From: Alphaproteobacteria bacterium
GTDB lineage: Bacteria > Pseudomonadota > Alphaproteobacteria > MPNO01 > UBA830
DNA: 64,000 nt
Reading direction: 5' to 3'
Assembly: GCA_965243135.1 (NCBI GenBank)
Contig: OZ251539.1
Location: 3,456,001-3,520,000 of the forward strand
Part shown: positions 9,303 to 19,818 of the stretch, one piece after another
How the letters are laid out: the number at the start of each line of letters is the position of its first letter
Position numbering within the stretch: the stretch's first letter is position 1
The notes under the pieces: generated by a model
Database searches by the model: none
What the model was told of the DNA's origin: nothing
The model's input: only the letters and a program-made list of their open reading frames with translations
Program-made: the position numbers and the translations under genes

Positions 9303-10367
9303 ATGTCCATACCCGACGCGATGACGGCGATCGAAATCGCCGAACCGGGCGGACCGGAAACGCTCCGGCCGGCCCGCCGACCGACGCCTCGCCCCGCCGA
9401 AGGCGAAATCCTGGTCCGCGTGGCCGCCGCCGGGGTCAATTTTCCGGACGTGATGCAACGCCGCGGAAGCTACCCTCCGCCGCCCGGCGTGACCGACATA
9501 CCGGGACTCGAACTGGCGGGAACCGTCGTCGAAGCCGCCCGCGGCGCGGACCGGTTCGCGCCGGGCGACAAGGTGTGCGCCCTGGTGGCGGGCGGCGCCT
9601 ACGCCGAATACTGCGCGGTTCCCGCGCCGCAGGCGCTGCCTTTGCCGAACGGCTTCGACATGGTGCGTTCGGCCGCCCTTCCGGAAAATTTCTTCACCGT
9701 CTGGACCAATCTGTTCGACGGCGGACGGCTGGCGCCGGGCGAGAGCATTCTTGTCCATGGCGGTTCCGGCGGCATCGGTTCCGCCGCCATCCAGACCGCG
9801 AAAGCGTTCGGCGCGACCGTTTTCGCAACCGCGCGCAACGACGAGAAATGCCGCGCCTGCGAAAGGATGGGAGCGGACCGCGCGATAAACTACGTGGAGG
9901 CCGACTTCGTCGAGGTCGCGAAAACCGCGAACGGCGGCAAGGGCTGCGACGTGATCCTCGACATGGTCGGCGGCGATTATCTCGCCCGCAACCTCGAGGC
10001 GCTGGCGCCCGAGGGCCGGCTCGTGCAGATCGCCGTCCTGAAGGGCGCAAAGGCGGAGTTGTTCTTGCCGACGATCATGATGAAGCGGCTGACCCTGACC
10101 GGTTCGGTGCTGCGGCCGCGCACCGTCGAACAGAAAGGCGCCATTGCGGAAACCCTGCGCCGAAAGCTCTGGCCCCTGCTGGAGAACGGCGACGTCGCGC
10201 CGATCGTCCACGAAACCTTCCCGCTTGCGCGGGCGGCGGACGCGCACGCGCTCATGGAATCGAGCGCGCACATCGGCAAGATCGTGCTGGAAGTCGAGAA
10301 CGGCCGCGACCGGCCGACGTTCGCGGGATCCGAAGAACCTTTCGAGGGAACGAGGAAAAATGGATAG
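9303..10367 (+). CDS. NAD(P)H-quinone oxidoreductase (MDR/PIG3 family)
   Basis: GVNFPD..QRRGSYPPP, HGGSGGIG, HIGKIVL. Confidence 0.92.
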   Translation: MSIPDAMTAIEIAEPGGPETLRPARRPTPRPAEGEILVRVAAAGVNFPDVMQRRGSYPPPPGVTDIPGLELAGTVVEAARGADRFAPGDKVCALVAGGAYAEYCAVPAPQALPLPNGFDMVRSAALPENFFTVWTNLFDGGRLAPGESILVHGGSGGIGSAAIQTAKAFGATVFATARNDEKCRACERMGADRAINYVEADFVEVAKTANGGKGCDVILDMVGGDYLARNLEALAPEGRLVQIAVLKGAKAELFLPTIMMKRLTLTGSVLRPRTVEQKGAIAETLRRKLWPLLENGDVAPIVHETFPLARAADAHALMESSAHIGKIVLEVENGRDRPTFAGSEEPFEGTRKNG

Positions 10368-10974
10368 CCAGACCGCCGCCAAACCGCTGATGCCGAAAGC
10401 GACAGCGGTTTGGCTGATCGAAAACACCGCTCTGACCTTCCGGCAGATCGGCGCCTTTTGCGACCTTCACGAACTGGAGGTTCAGAGCATCGCCGACGAA
10501 GAGGTGGCGATCGGCATGGTGGGTTACGACCCGATCGCGAACGGCCAGCTCGCGCGCGAGGAGATTTCGCGCTGCGAGGCGGATCCCGCGGCCCGGCTAT
10601 CGATAGCGGAAGACCGGATTCCGCGTCCGGCCCCCCGCACCAAGGGGCCGCGCTACACCCCGGTCACGCGCCGCGGCGACAAGCCGGACGCGATCGCGTG
10701 GCTGGTCAAGCAATTCCCCGACCTGACCGACGCCCAGATTTCGCGGCTGATCGGCACGACCAAGCAGACGATCCTGAAGATTCGCGAGCGTACGCACTGG
10801 AACATGTCGAACATCACGGCGCGCGATCCCGTGGGACTGGGACTCTGCAACAGGGAGGATCTGGACCGCGAGCTCGCCAGGGCGGGTTACGCGAAGTCGG
10901 CGGACGAGGAGCCGCCGGCGTCGCCGGACGGGACGAGCGAGGCCAGCGAGACGCAGCCTTCCACCAACTGGTAA
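10360..10974 (+). CDS. trcR: DUF1013 / cell-cycle transcriptional regulator TrcR
   Basis: PLMPKATAVWLIENTALTF.QI..FC, PRYTPV.RR.DKPDAIAWL. Confidence 0.88.
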   Translation: MDSQTAAKPLMPKATAVWLIENTALTFRQIGAFCDLHELEVQSIADEEVAIGMVGYDPIANGQLAREEISRCEADPAARLSIAEDRIPRPAPRTKGPRYTPVTRRGDKPDAIAWLVKQFPDLTDAQISRLIGTTKQTILKIRERTHWNMSNITARDPVGLGLCNREDLDRELARAGYAKSADEEPPASPDGTSEASETQPSTNW

Positions 10975-11113
10975 AGTCGCGCCGCGCTTTCGAACGGCGC
11001 AGCGCCGGACGAAACCGCCGTCGGCGTCGAGCGCCGCCGCATATTGAAACGAAAAACCGGCAACCCCGCCCGCGCCGGACCGGCGCCTTCGTCGGAGGGA
11101 ACCGGCCGACTGG

Positions 11114-11275
11114 TCAGGCGTGTTCGAGACGCGCGATCTGATCCTTTATCTTGAGCTTTTGCTTCTTGATGTTCGCGACAACGGTCTGATCGGGAAATGG
11201 CTTGCTCGCTTCCGCGTCCAGCAACTGTTCGAGTTCCGCGTGCCGCGCCTTGAGTCCCTCGATCTCGGTGCTCAT
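11114..11275 (-). CDS. YdcH/DUF465 family protein
   Basis: L.ARHAELE..L..E...P.PD......KKQKLKIKDQI. Confidence 0.85.
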   Translation of the reverse strand: MSTEIEGLKARHAELEQLLDAEASKPFPDQTVVANIKKQKLKIKDQIARLEHA

Positions 11276-11363
11276 TTCAGGAGCCCTCCATGTGTCGTGA
11301 CCGTCGAATGTATGACGCAGCGCCGCCCGCCACAACCCGACGGACCGTTTCCCGCGCCGTCCG

Positions 11364-11915
11364 TCATAACTCCGCGCACAGGCCGTCGATCTCGCCGGGC
11401 GCCGCTTCGGGAAAGGCGACTCGCAGCACGACGCCGAGATGGTTCCGGTCTTCGTCCGAGACCGTTATGCCCAACGCTCCGAAATAGCGCCCGACATTCG
11501 CCGCCGCGTCGGCCGCTTCCGTGCCGCGGCTCGCGTCCGCTTCCCGCTCGACCGCGGCGGCCAGCATGAGTTGCTCGGTGTGCTCGCAGTCGATCTCTAT
11601 CTTCTGAATCCGTCGGCGCAGCGATTCGGCGAGCGCATCGGGAGCCGGCGGCAGGCCGCCCTTCATCCGCGTCCGGACGGCGCGCAGGGGCCGGACGACC
11701 GAGTCGTGCCATGCGCCAACCGCCCCCCTTGCCTCGGCCAATTCCGAATCCGTCATGACGCCGCGCCCCGACGCCCCGAGCCAGATGCAGAACAGCACCA
11801 CGTTCACGTCGATCTGATGGATTTCCTGCAACGCCAGGCAAGCCGCGCCGACGCCGTCCGACATGTAGACCTTCAGCGAATAGTCCCAGAACGGGTGGTC
11901 GGGAAACTCCGTCAC
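11364..11915 (-). CDS. TIGR02444/DUF2390 family protein
   Basis: FWDYSLKVY...GV..ACLALQ....DVNVVLF, VV.PLR.VR. Confidence 0.85.
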   Translation of the reverse strand: MTEFPDHPFWDYSLKVYMSDGVGAACLALQEIHQIDVNVVLFCIWLGASGRGVMTDSELAEARGAVGAWHDSVVRPLRAVRTRMKGGLPPAPDALAESLRRRIQKIEIDCEHTEQLMLAAAVEREADASRGTEAADAAANVGRYFGALGITVSDEDRNHLGVVLRVAFPEAAPGEIDGLCAEL

Positions 11916-11941
11916 CGTCTTTCCTCTCCGTCAGTTCGCCG

Positions 11942-13030
11942 TCAGCGTCCGCCCATATAGATTCCCAGCCCGCGCGCCGTAGCGACCAGCGTTCCCCGCG
12001 GATCCACCAGCGGATGAGAGTCCAGCGCCTCCCGCAAGGGCACGTCGATGCATGCGCGGTTGGACCATGCGACCATCCGGTCGAAGCGGCCCTTGGCCAC
12101 CAGATCGACGGCATGCACGCCGAACGCGGAGGCGAACAACCGGTCCCGCGGCGACGGGGCGCCCCCGCGCTGCACGTAGCCGAGAACGGTCACGCGCGAC
12201 GTGATCCCGGTGGTCTTCTGGACGAGTTCGCTGACCTGATGCCCGATGCCCCCGTAATCGACGGCGCCGCTGCTGCGGGTCCGAACCACGGCGGAGCCGT
12301 CGGGCAAGCGGGCGGCCTCGGCCACCATCACCAGGGCGAAGTTGCGACCGGCATTGCGGACCTCTTCGATCTTTCTGGCGAGCCCTTCGGCCGTCCAGTC
12401 GATTTCGGGAATCAGAATCGCGTCCGCGCCGCCGGAAATCCCCGCCGACAGCGCGATGTGCCCCGCGCCCCGGCCCATCACTTCGAGAATCATCACCCTG
12501 TCGTGGCTCGCCGCCGTCGGCTGCAGCCGGTCGAGCGCCTCGGTGGCGACGTCGACGGCCGTGATGTAACCGACGGAGTTCTCCGTAATCCCGACATCGT
12601 TGTCGATCGTCTTGGGAATGGCCACGAATTTCCAGTCGCCCTGCCGGGCGAGCCGCTGGAGGATCGCCAGGCTGCCGTCTCCGCCGATGCCGATCAACGC
12701 GTCGAGGCCGAGTTCGCGGTAACCTTCGATGAACTCGTCCGACCGGTCCAGCAGCGTGCCGTCGGGCATGGGATAGGAGAACGGGTTGCCCTCGTTGACG
12801 GTGCCGAGGATCGTGCCGCCCATGCGAAGGATGCTGCCGGTGAACATCTCCACCGTCAATTCCTTGCAGTCGACCGGGCGCGCCATCAGGCCGTGCGTTC
12901 CCTGCCTGATGCCCAGCACGCGCCAGCCGTAGCCGCCCGCCGCGCGCAAGACGATGGCGCGGATGACCGCGTTCAGCCCGGCGCAGTCGCCGCCGCTGGT
13001 GAGCACGCCGATTTTCCTGATTTCCGACAT
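11942..13030 (-). CDS. pfkA: ATP-dependent 6-phosphofructokinase
   Basis: IGVLTSGGDCAGLNA, GGDGS, PKTIDND, EVMGR, LGYVQRGG. Confidence 0.93.
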   Translation of the reverse strand: MSEIRKIGVLTSGGDCAGLNAVIRAIVLRAAGGYGWRVLGIRQGTHGLMARPVDCKELTVEMFTGSILRMGGTILGTVNEGNPFSYPMPDGTLLDRSDEFIEGYRELGLDALIGIGGDGSLAILQRLARQGDWKFVAIPKTIDNDVGITENSVGYITAVDVATEALDRLQPTAASHDRVMILEVMGRGAGHIALSAGISGGADAILIPEIDWTAEGLARKIEEVRNAGRNFALVMVAEAARLPDGSAVVRTRSSGAVDYGGIGHQVSELVQKTTGITSRVTVLGYVQRGGAPSPRDRLFASAFGVHAVDLVAKGRFDRMVAWSNRACIDVPLREALDSHPLVDPRGTLVATARGLGIYMGGR

Positions 13031-13111
13031 GACCTGCGTTGCTTGATGGCCTAGCGAAGCGATATCTGCAACAATATGCGAAAGCGGGGCGAAATGAAAC
13101 GGTGCAGCGCC

Positions 13112-13312
13112 ATGAGCGAAGAGGAGGTTCTCCGCCGCAGGCTGAAGGAACTCGAGGTCGAGCACAGGGATCTCGACGACATAATCGCTCGCCTCACCGA
13201 AAAGGCACCTTACGATCAACTTCAACTGCAGCGCCTGAAAAAGCGCAAGCTCGCCTTGAAGGACCATATCTCGCTGATCGAGGATCAGCTTTATCCCGAC
13301 ATAATCGCGTAG
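13112..13312 (+). CDS. YdcH/DUF465 family protein
   Basis: EHRDLD..I......[17 protein letters not shown]...YPDIIA; typical position upstream of purE. Confidence 0.9.
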   Translation: MSEEEVLRRRLKELEVEHRDLDDIIARLTEKAPYDQLQLQRLKKRKLALKDHISLIEDQLYPDIIA

Positions 13313-13362
13313 AGCCGGACGCGAACGACGATGCCGAACGGCCGGGGCTTCAGGAAGTAGCC

Positions 13363-13875
13363 ATGCAGGAACGCGGCTCCGCGGCGGAACGGACGCCGCT
13401 CGCGAGCGTCGTCATGGGCAGCCGGTCGGACTGGCCGACGATGAAGAACGCGGCCGACGTCCTGACCTCCCTCGACGTCGTTCACGAGACGCGCATCGTC
13501 TCCGCGCACCGCACGCCCGACCGCCTCTACGATTACGCCAGAACCGCCGCCGGGCGCGGTCTCAAGGTGATCGTGGCGGGCGCCGGCGGCGCGGCCCATC
13601 TTCCCGGAATGATCGCCTCGATGACGCCGTTGCCCGTTCTCGGCGTGCCCGTCCAAACCAAGGCGCTGAACGGCATGGACAGCCTTCTCTCGATCGCGCA
13701 GATGCCGGCCGGCGTTCCGGTCGGAACGCTGGCCATCGGCCCGGCCGGGGCCACGAACGCGGCATTGCTCGCGGCGTCCATAATCGCGCTCGGGGACGAT
13801 GCGCTGATGGCGCGCCTCGTCGCCTGGCGGGACGACCGGACGGCCGGCGTTCCGGAACTGCCGGTTGGCCGTTGA
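13363..13875 (+). CDS. purE: N5-CAIR mutase
   Basis: [36 protein letters not shown]. Confidence 0.97.
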   Translation: MQERGSAAERTPLASVVMGSRSDWPTMKNAADVLTSLDVVHETRIVSAHRTPDRLYDYARTAAGRGLKVIVAGAGGAAHLPGMIASMTPLPVLGVPVQTKALNGMDSLLSIAQMPAGVPVGTLAIGPAGATNAALLAASIIALGDDALMARLVAWRDDRTAGVPELPVGR

Positions 13876-14972
13876 CGCCCGACCGCCCTCTCCCTCCCGG
13901 CTCCGTCGTCGGAATCGTCGGGGGCGGCCAACTCGGCCGGATGACGGCGATCGCCGCCGCGAAACTCGGCTACCGCTGCCACGTCCTCGACCCCGACGCC
14001 CGCGCGCCCGCCGCCGAGGTGGCGGCGTCGGCGACGACCGCGCCATACGAAGACCTGGACGCCGCGCGGAACTTCGCCGCTTCGGTCGACGTCGCGACCT
14101 TCGAATTCGAGAACGTTCCTCTCGAAACGCTCGCCGCCGTCGGGGAGAGCGCTCCCGTGCGTCCTTCCGTCGAAGCCCTGCGCGTCTCGCAGGACCGCGC
14201 CGTCGAAAAGGCGTTCGTCAACGGCCTCGGAATCGCCACCGCGGAATGGGCCGAAATACGTTCCGCGGACGATCTCGAAGCGGCCGCCGGGCGCATCGGG
14301 TTGCCCGCGATTCTCAAGACCGCCCGCTTCGGCTACGACGGCAAGGGCCAAACGCGCATCGACGGCCTCCGCGACCTCGCGCAGGCGTTGCGGACCGCCG
14401 GCGAAGCGAGAACCGTCCTCGAGGGCGCGGTCGCCTTCGAGCGCGAAATCTCCGTGACCGTGGCCCGCGGCCTCGAAGGCGAGACCGCCGCCTACGTCCC
14501 GGTCGAAAACCTTCATCGCGACGGAATCCTGCGCGTCACGACGGCGCCCGCGGCGATCGCGGATCCGCTCGCCGACGAGGCCGTCGGCATCGCTCGCCGG
14601 CTGGCGGCCGGACTCGACCTGTTCGGCTTGCTGACCGTGGAAATGTTCGTCACGCTCGCGGGAGACGTTCTGGTGAACGAAATCGCGCCGCGGCCGCACA
14701 ATTCCGGCCATTGGACCGTCGACGCCTGCGCGATCGGCCAATTCGAGCAACTGGTCCGCGCCGTAACCGGCCTTCCCCTGGGCGATCCCGCGCGGCACTC
14801 GGACGCGGTCATGACGAACCTGATCGGCGAGGACGCGAACGCATGGGCGGACGTCGCCGCGGAACCGGGCGCTTGCCTGCATCTTTACGGCAAGGCGGAG
14901 ACGCGGCCCGGACGGAAGATGGGCCACGTCACGCGCCTGACTCCCGTGCGGGAGCCCGCGGCCGCCGCTTGA
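13872..14972 (+). CDS. purK: N5-CAIR synthase
   Basis: [43 protein letters not shown]. Confidence 0.97.
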   Translation: MTPDRPLPPGSVVGIVGGGQLGRMTAIAAAKLGYRCHVLDPDARAPAAEVAASATTAPYEDLDAARNFAASVDVATFEFENVPLETLAAVGESAPVRPSVEALRVSQDRAVEKAFVNGLGIATAEWAEIRSADDLEAAAGRIGLPAILKTARFGYDGKGQTRIDGLRDLAQALRTAGEARTVLEGAVAFEREISVTVARGLEGETAAYVPVENLHRDGILRVTTAPAAIADPLADEAVGIARRLAAGLDLFGLLTVEMFVTLAGDVLVNEIAPRPHNSGHWTVDACAIGQFEQLVRAVTGLPLGDPARHSDAVMTNLIGEDANAWADVAAEPGACLHLYGKAETRPGRKMGHVTRLTPVREPAAAA

Positions 14973-15170
14973 CGCCGGCTCCGCCGACGCGGCGCGCGCG
15001 TTCGGAAACGCCGCTCGGCCGGGCGACGCTCTCCCCTTCGGCGCGAGCGGCCCGAAGCCCGGCGCGTCCCTGTCCGCGCGTCGCGGATTTTCGTCGAAAG
15101 AACGGGTTTCGGCGACCGGTTCGGAGGCGCCGCCGGCAGGTCCCCGGCCGCGTTCCCGCCAACCGCGGCC

Positions 15171-15824
15171 TCAGGTCCGGCTCCGCCGCGGGCTTCCGTA
15201 ACGGTCGCGGGCGACCTCCCGCAGAACGCGCAACGGGCCGAACGCCGCCCTGCCGACGCGCTCCAACCCGCCGCGCGCCTGTTGAATCCGCATCGCGTCC
15301 CGTAGCCGCCGATCGAGAAAGGCGCGGGTTTCCGCCCGGTCCGCGCTTCCGTCGTCCAGCCAGAAAAGCGTCGTCGACGCGACGACCGCCGCCAGCGACG
15401 CGCGGCGGGTGTAGAACGAAAAATCCGCCGACCGGTCGCCCGCCGCATGCCATATGTCGTCGACCGTGCGATACAGCAAACGCGCGCCGAGCGGCGCGTT
15501 GCGCGGCATCGCGAGAAACGAAAGCCCGCGGCGGACCGCCTCGCGATGCGGATCGAGCGCGGCCAGCCTGGCGTCGACCGCGAACGCGACGCGGCGACGC
15601 GTTCCCTGAACGTCGGCGGTCTCCAGCGCCGCGACCATTTGCCGGTCGGCGCGCCGGGAAAAACAGGCCAGCGCCTCGCGCGGCCCGCCGGGAAACAGCA
15701 ATTCCGCCGGCTTTTCGCCGAGGTCGCCTTCCCCCGCCCGCAAAGCCGTTTCCGACCATCCGTCGAACGGCACGTGGACGAGCATCGCGTCGAGCAGCCG
15801 GTCGCGCTCCCCCTCCCGATTCAC
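15171..15824 (-). CDS. COQ9 family protein
   Basis: HVPFDGWS, IWHAAGD.SADFSFYTRRASL; GTG start overlapping the def stop. Confidence 0.9.
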   Translation of the reverse strand: MNREGERDRLLDAMLVHVPFDGWSETALRAGEGDLGEKPAELLFPGGPREALACFSRRADRQMVAALETADVQGTRRRVAFAVDARLAALDPHREAVRRGLSFLAMPRNAPLGARLLYRTVDDIWHAAGDRSADFSFYTRRASLAAVVASTTLFWLDDGSADRAETRAFLDRRLRDAMRIQQARGGLERVGRAAFGPLRVLREVARDRYGSPRRSRT

Positions 15825-16372
15825 GTCGCGGCCTCCCGGCCCTTGAGCGCCTGCATGAACCGCTCCAGTTCCTCGTTGAAGCTCAAGAGCGACAGGTCGG
15901 TCATGCGCATGGGAAACAAAACGCCGTCGAGATGGTCGATCTCGTGCTGCACGACGCGGGCATGAAAATTCGTCGCCTCGCGTTCGATCGGCCGTCCGTC
16001 GGGCAGGCGGCCGCGATAGACGATGCGGGCGTGGCGGGGAACGGCGCCCGTGATCCCGGGTATCGACAGGCACCCCTCCCAGCCGAGCGCCACGTCGTCG
16101 CCCAGCGGTTCGAACTCCGGATTGACCAGCGCCGTGAGCGGCGCGAAATCGGTTTCCGGAGCGCCGTCCCGGCCGCGCTCGCGAGGCGCCTTGAAAACGA
16201 TCGCGCGCTTGCTTTGGTGGACTTGGGGAGCGGCGAGGCCGACGCCGTTCGCGTCCTCCATCGTTTCCGCCATGTCCTCGACCAGTTTGCCGACGTCCGC
16301 CGGGTCGGCGACCGGGTCGGCGATCCGCAGGAGCACCGGACGGCCCATGCGGGCGATGTTGAGAAGCGCCAT
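15821..16372 (-). CDS. def: Peptide deformylase
   Basis: GVGLAAPQ, EGCLS, QHEIDHLDG. Confidence 0.96.
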   Translation of the reverse strand: MALLNIARMGRPVLLRIADPVADPADVGKLVEDMAETMEDANGVGLAAPQVHQSKRAIVFKAPRERGRDGAPETDFAPLTALVNPEFEPLGDDVALGWEGCLSIPGITGAVPRHARIVYRGRLPDGRPIEREATNFHARVVQHEIDHLDGVLFPMRMTDLSLLSFNEELERFMQALKGREAAT

Positions 16373-16591
16373 GTCGTCCTCCCGGCGTCCGCGTCGTTCG
16401 CGGCGCGCCCGTGAAATACGACGCCCCGAAGCGCGGAACAAGCGCGGCTGCGCGAAGCCGCGGCCTCCCCGTCCTCGCGCGCCTCCTCGCCCCTTCCGGC
16501 AGGCCTCTTGGATCTCTCGCACGGCCGTGCTATACGGCCGTCGTCTCGTCGGCTTGAAGGGCCGACGCCGTTTTCGGAGGATGAACCGCAG

Positions 16592-16795
16592 GTGGAAGTT
16601 ACCGTACGCGACAACGATGTCGATCAGGCGCTTCGCGCGCTCAAGAAAAAAATGCAGCGCGAAGGAATTTTCAGGGAAATGAAAATGCGCCGTTCCTATG
16701 AAAAACCCTCGGAACGACGCGCCCGGGAAAGGGCGGAGGCCATCCGCCGGGCCCGAAAGCTGGAACGCAAACGGCTGGAACGCGAAGGCTTCTGA
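16592..16795 (+). CDS. rpsU: 30S ribosomal protein S21
   Basis: GTG start; [26 protein letters not shown]...YEKPSE. Confidence 0.96.
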   Translation: MEVTVRDNDVDQALRALKKKMQREGIFREMKMRRSYEKPSERRARERAEAIRRARKLERKRLEREGF

Positions 16796-16886
16796 TCCCT
16801 GCGCGGCCGGTTCGAAGAAAGGCCGCGCGGCGGAACGCCCGCGGGGGATTGCCGTCCGCGCTTCGTTCGGTCATTCTTTTCGAACC

Positions 16887-17513
16887 ATGGACAATCCCGA
16901 TCCGGTTCGAGACCTGCTGTTGGTCATCGACGTTCAGAACGACTTCTGTCCCGGCGGCGCGCTCGCGGTCGCCGAGGGCGATCTGGTGGTTCCGGCCGTC
17001 AACGCGCTGGCGCGGCGTTTCGAGCATGTCGCGTTCACCCAGGACTGGCACCCCGAAGGCCACCTTTCCTTCGCGAGCAGCCACGCGGGCCGCCAGCCGC
17101 TCGAAACGATCGAAACGGACTACGGCCGGCAGGTGCTGTGGCCGGATCACTGCGTGCAGGGAACGAAAGGCGCCGCGTTCCATCCCGGCCTCGACCGGCG
17201 GCGTGCCGAACTCGTCGTCCGCAAGGGGTTTCGCCGCGAAATCGATTCCTATTCCGCCTTTTACGAGAACGACCGCAGCACGCCCACCGGCCTTGCCGGA
17301 TACCTGCGCGAACGCGGTTTCAGGCGGCTTTTCCTTGCCGGCCTGGCCACCGACTTCTGCGTCGCCTGGTCAGCCATCGACTCGCGGAAGGAGGGCTTCG
17401 ACGCCGTGCTGGTCGAGGACGCCTGCCGCGCCATCGACATGGACGGGTCGCTCGACGACGCGCTTGCGCGCATGAAGTCGGCGGGGGTCGAAATCGCCCG
17501 CGCCGGAGCCTGA
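16887..17513 (+). CDS. pncA: Nicotinamidase/pyrazinamidase
   Basis: IDVQNDFCPGGAL, QDWHP, WPDHC, DSYSAF, GLATDFCV. Confidence 0.95.
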   Translation: MDNPDPVRDLLLVIDVQNDFCPGGALAVAEGDLVVPAVNALARRFEHVAFTQDWHPEGHLSFASSHAGRQPLETIETDYGRQVLWPDHCVQGTKGAAFHPGLDRRRAELVVRKGFRREIDSYSAFYENDRSTPTGLAGYLRERGFRRLFLAGLATDFCVAWSAIDSRKEGFDAVLVEDACRAIDMDGSLDDALARMKSAGVEIARAGA

Positions 17514-17544
17514 CGCCGTTGCCTTTCGCGAACCGGCATCCGCC

Positions 17545-18624
17545 GTGACCCTGGTCCTTTCCAACGAGGAGATCGACGAACTCCTGCGAATGGACGAGTT
17601 GATCCAGATCCTCGAGGATGCGTACCGCGAACTGGCGGAGGGACGCGGCGGTAATCGCTTGCGGTCGGACATCGTGACTCCGACGACGTTGCGCGACGAC
17701 GGACTCTACGCCCTCAAGTCGATGGACGGAGTCGTTCCGAAGTTCGGCGTCGGCGCCGTCCGCATCAATTCCGACATTCTGACTTTCCCGCGGAGCGGCA
17801 ACGAGATGCGGCGCGTCAAGGTGCCGGCCGCTCCCGGCGGCCGGTACGTCGGCCTGGTCTTGCTGTTCAGCGTCCACAACGGGGAACCGCTGGCCATCAT
17901 GCCGGACGGAGTCATGCAACGGGCGCGGGTCGGCGCGACCAACGCGATCGCGGCGAAATACCTCGCGCGCGAGAACGCGGACACCCTCGCCGTGATCGGC
18001 TCGGGCTGGCAGGCGGGCGCGCAGGTGACCGCGCACGACGCCGTGCGCGATCTCGCGGACATCCGCGTCTACAGCCCCGACCGGGGACGCCGGGAGACCT
18101 TCGCGGCCGAAATGTCGGAAACCGTCGGCAAAGAGGTTCGTCCGTGCGAGAGCGCCGAAGAAGCCTGCCGGGGAGCGGGCATCGTCGCCTGCGCGACCAA
18201 TTCGGCGATGCCTGTCTTCATGCGGGACTGGATCGAGCCCGGCATGCATATCGGCACTGTCCGCCCCGGCGCGACCGAGATCGAACGGGCCGCCCGCGAG
18301 CGCATCGACCTGTTCGCGCTGCTCGATCACGACGACAACGCCGAACTGATCTATACGCATGGCGTGCAGGTGGGAGAGGACAAGGTCGGCAGCTACGGCG
18401 TCGAGCACGACGCTTGGCACGCTTCGCTGCCGTCGTTGCCGCAGATCGTCGCCGGCCGGCGCGAAAGGCGGACGGACGACGGCCAGGTTACCTGTTTTCT
18501 CAACAACCTCGGCATGGGATACCAGTTCGCCGCCGCCGGCTATCTGGTCCACCGCAAGGCGAAGAAAGCCGGCGTCGGAAACGAGCTTCCCACCGACTGG
18601 TTCACCGAGACGGTTCACCCCTGA
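17545..18624 (+). CDS. Ornithine cyclodeaminase/mu-crystallin family protein
   Basis: RVGATNAIAAKYLARE, IGSGWQA, CATNS, PGMH. Confidence 0.88.
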   Translation: MTLVLSNEEIDELLRMDELIQILEDAYRELAEGRGGNRLRSDIVTPTTLRDDGLYALKSMDGVVPKFGVGAVRINSDILTFPRSGNEMRRVKVPAAPGGRYVGLVLLFSVHNGEPLAIMPDGVMQRARVGATNAIAAKYLARENADTLAVIGSGWQAGAQVTAHDAVRDLADIRVYSPDRGRRETFAAEMSETVGKEVRPCESAEEACRGAGIVACATNSAMPVFMRDWIEPGMHIGTVRPGATEIERAARERIDLFALLDHDDNAELIYTHGVQVGEDKVGSYGVEHDAWHASLPSLPQIVAGRRERRTDDGQVTCFLNNLGMGYQFAAAGYLVHRKAKKAGVGNELPTDWFTETVHP

Positions 18625-18830
18625 CGCCGCTTCTCCCGGCGGTTCGCCGCGCTGCGGCGCGGAACGCCGCGCGCGGAAAAACGCCGTATCGCCCGCGCAG
18701 GTCGGAACGAGGCGCGATGCCACGGAGTTCGGCGGATAGACCGGACCGCGCGGCGGCGACGGCGCTCGTTTGCGCATCTCCGAAACCTCATTAACATGCG
18801 CTGTCGCTTATGACGAAAGGGAGAGAAACT

Positions 18831-19772
18831 ATGCGCCGTGCAACTCTTGCGGCAGCCTTCGCGCTGGGCTTGGCAGTCCCCTCCGCATCGTACGCCTTTC
18901 CGGACAAGGACATTACGTTCATCATCCCCTACAGCGCCGGCGGCGGCTTCGACCGCACCGTGCGCGCCATTGCGCCCTACATGGAGAAGCACCTTCCGAA
19001 GAAGGTCAACGTGATCCCGAAGAACGTGGCCGGCGCCGGCGGCCGCAAGGGCATTGCGCAACTCTTCCGCGCCGAACCCGACGGCCACACTATCGCCGTC
19101 TTCAACATGCCCGGCATGGCGATCCCGTCCCTTCTCGGCGAAAAGGTCAATTACGACCTCAACAAGGTAAGCTGGATATCGCGGCTCGCGCGCGGCACCT
19201 ATCTGCTGATGGTCGGCGCGAAGAGCGGGATCAGGACGATCGACGACATCCGGAAGCTCGGGCGACCGCTCAAGATCACCACGACCGGCCTCGGATCCAC
19301 GGGACATACCGCGAGCGTCGTCGCGTCGACGGTCATGGGCTTCCCCTTCAAGATGCTTACAGGCTACAAGGGTTCCAAGCAGTTCATCCTGGCGGCGATC
19401 CGGGGGGACGGCGACGCCGTGTACACGCTCGTCACGACGGTCCGGAAATACCATGAAGCGGGCGACGTCCGGATCATCGCCACCTTCGAAAAGGAGAGCA
19501 GTTTCGCCGGCGTGCCGACGGCGCGGCGGATCGGGTTCCCCGAACTCGAAGGAATGAGTCTCGAACGTCTGGTGGGCGGACCGCCCGGCGTTCCCGCCGA
19601 CCGGGTCGCCGTCCTTGAAAGCGCCATGCTCAAGGCGATGGCCGATCCGGAACTCAAGGCCAAGACGAAAAAGCGGCCCTATCTGCCGGCCGGCGCCGCC
19701 GAAACCGCGAAGCGCGTGGACGCCGTCCTGCAGTTCTACCTGAAGTACAAATCCGCCCTCCGCAAGGGCTGA
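18831..19772 (+). CDS. tctC: Tripartite tricarboxylate transporter substrate-binding protein (TctC/Bug)
   Basis: Signal peptide; FPDKDITFIIPYSAGGGFD, NVAGAGG, PDGHT. Confidence 0.88.
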   Translation: MRRATLAAAFALGLAVPSASYAFPDKDITFIIPYSAGGGFDRTVRAIAPYMEKHLPKKVNVIPKNVAGAGGRKGIAQLFRAEPDGHTIAVFNMPGMAIPSLLGEKVNYDLNKVSWISRLARGTYLLMVGAKSGIRTIDDIRKLGRPLKITTTGLGSTGHTASVVASTVMGFPFKMLTGYKGSKQFILAAIRGDGDAVYTLVTTVRKYHEAGDVRIIATFEKESSFAGVPTARRIGFPELEGMSLERLVGGPPGVPADRVAVLESAMLKAMADPELKAKTKKRPYLPAGAAETAKRVDAVLQFYLKYKSALRKG

Positions 19773-19818
19773 ACCGAACGAACCTGCCGCGGCACCTGCA
19801 GGAGGGAGGCGTTCGGCG

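Noticed and set aside
8243-10427. Long 715-aa and 566-aa ORFs (also 13865-16414, 46434-49025, 60190-63156 and similar)
   Set aside because: Arg/Pro-rich shadow or antisense frames of well-supported genes in GC-rich DNA.
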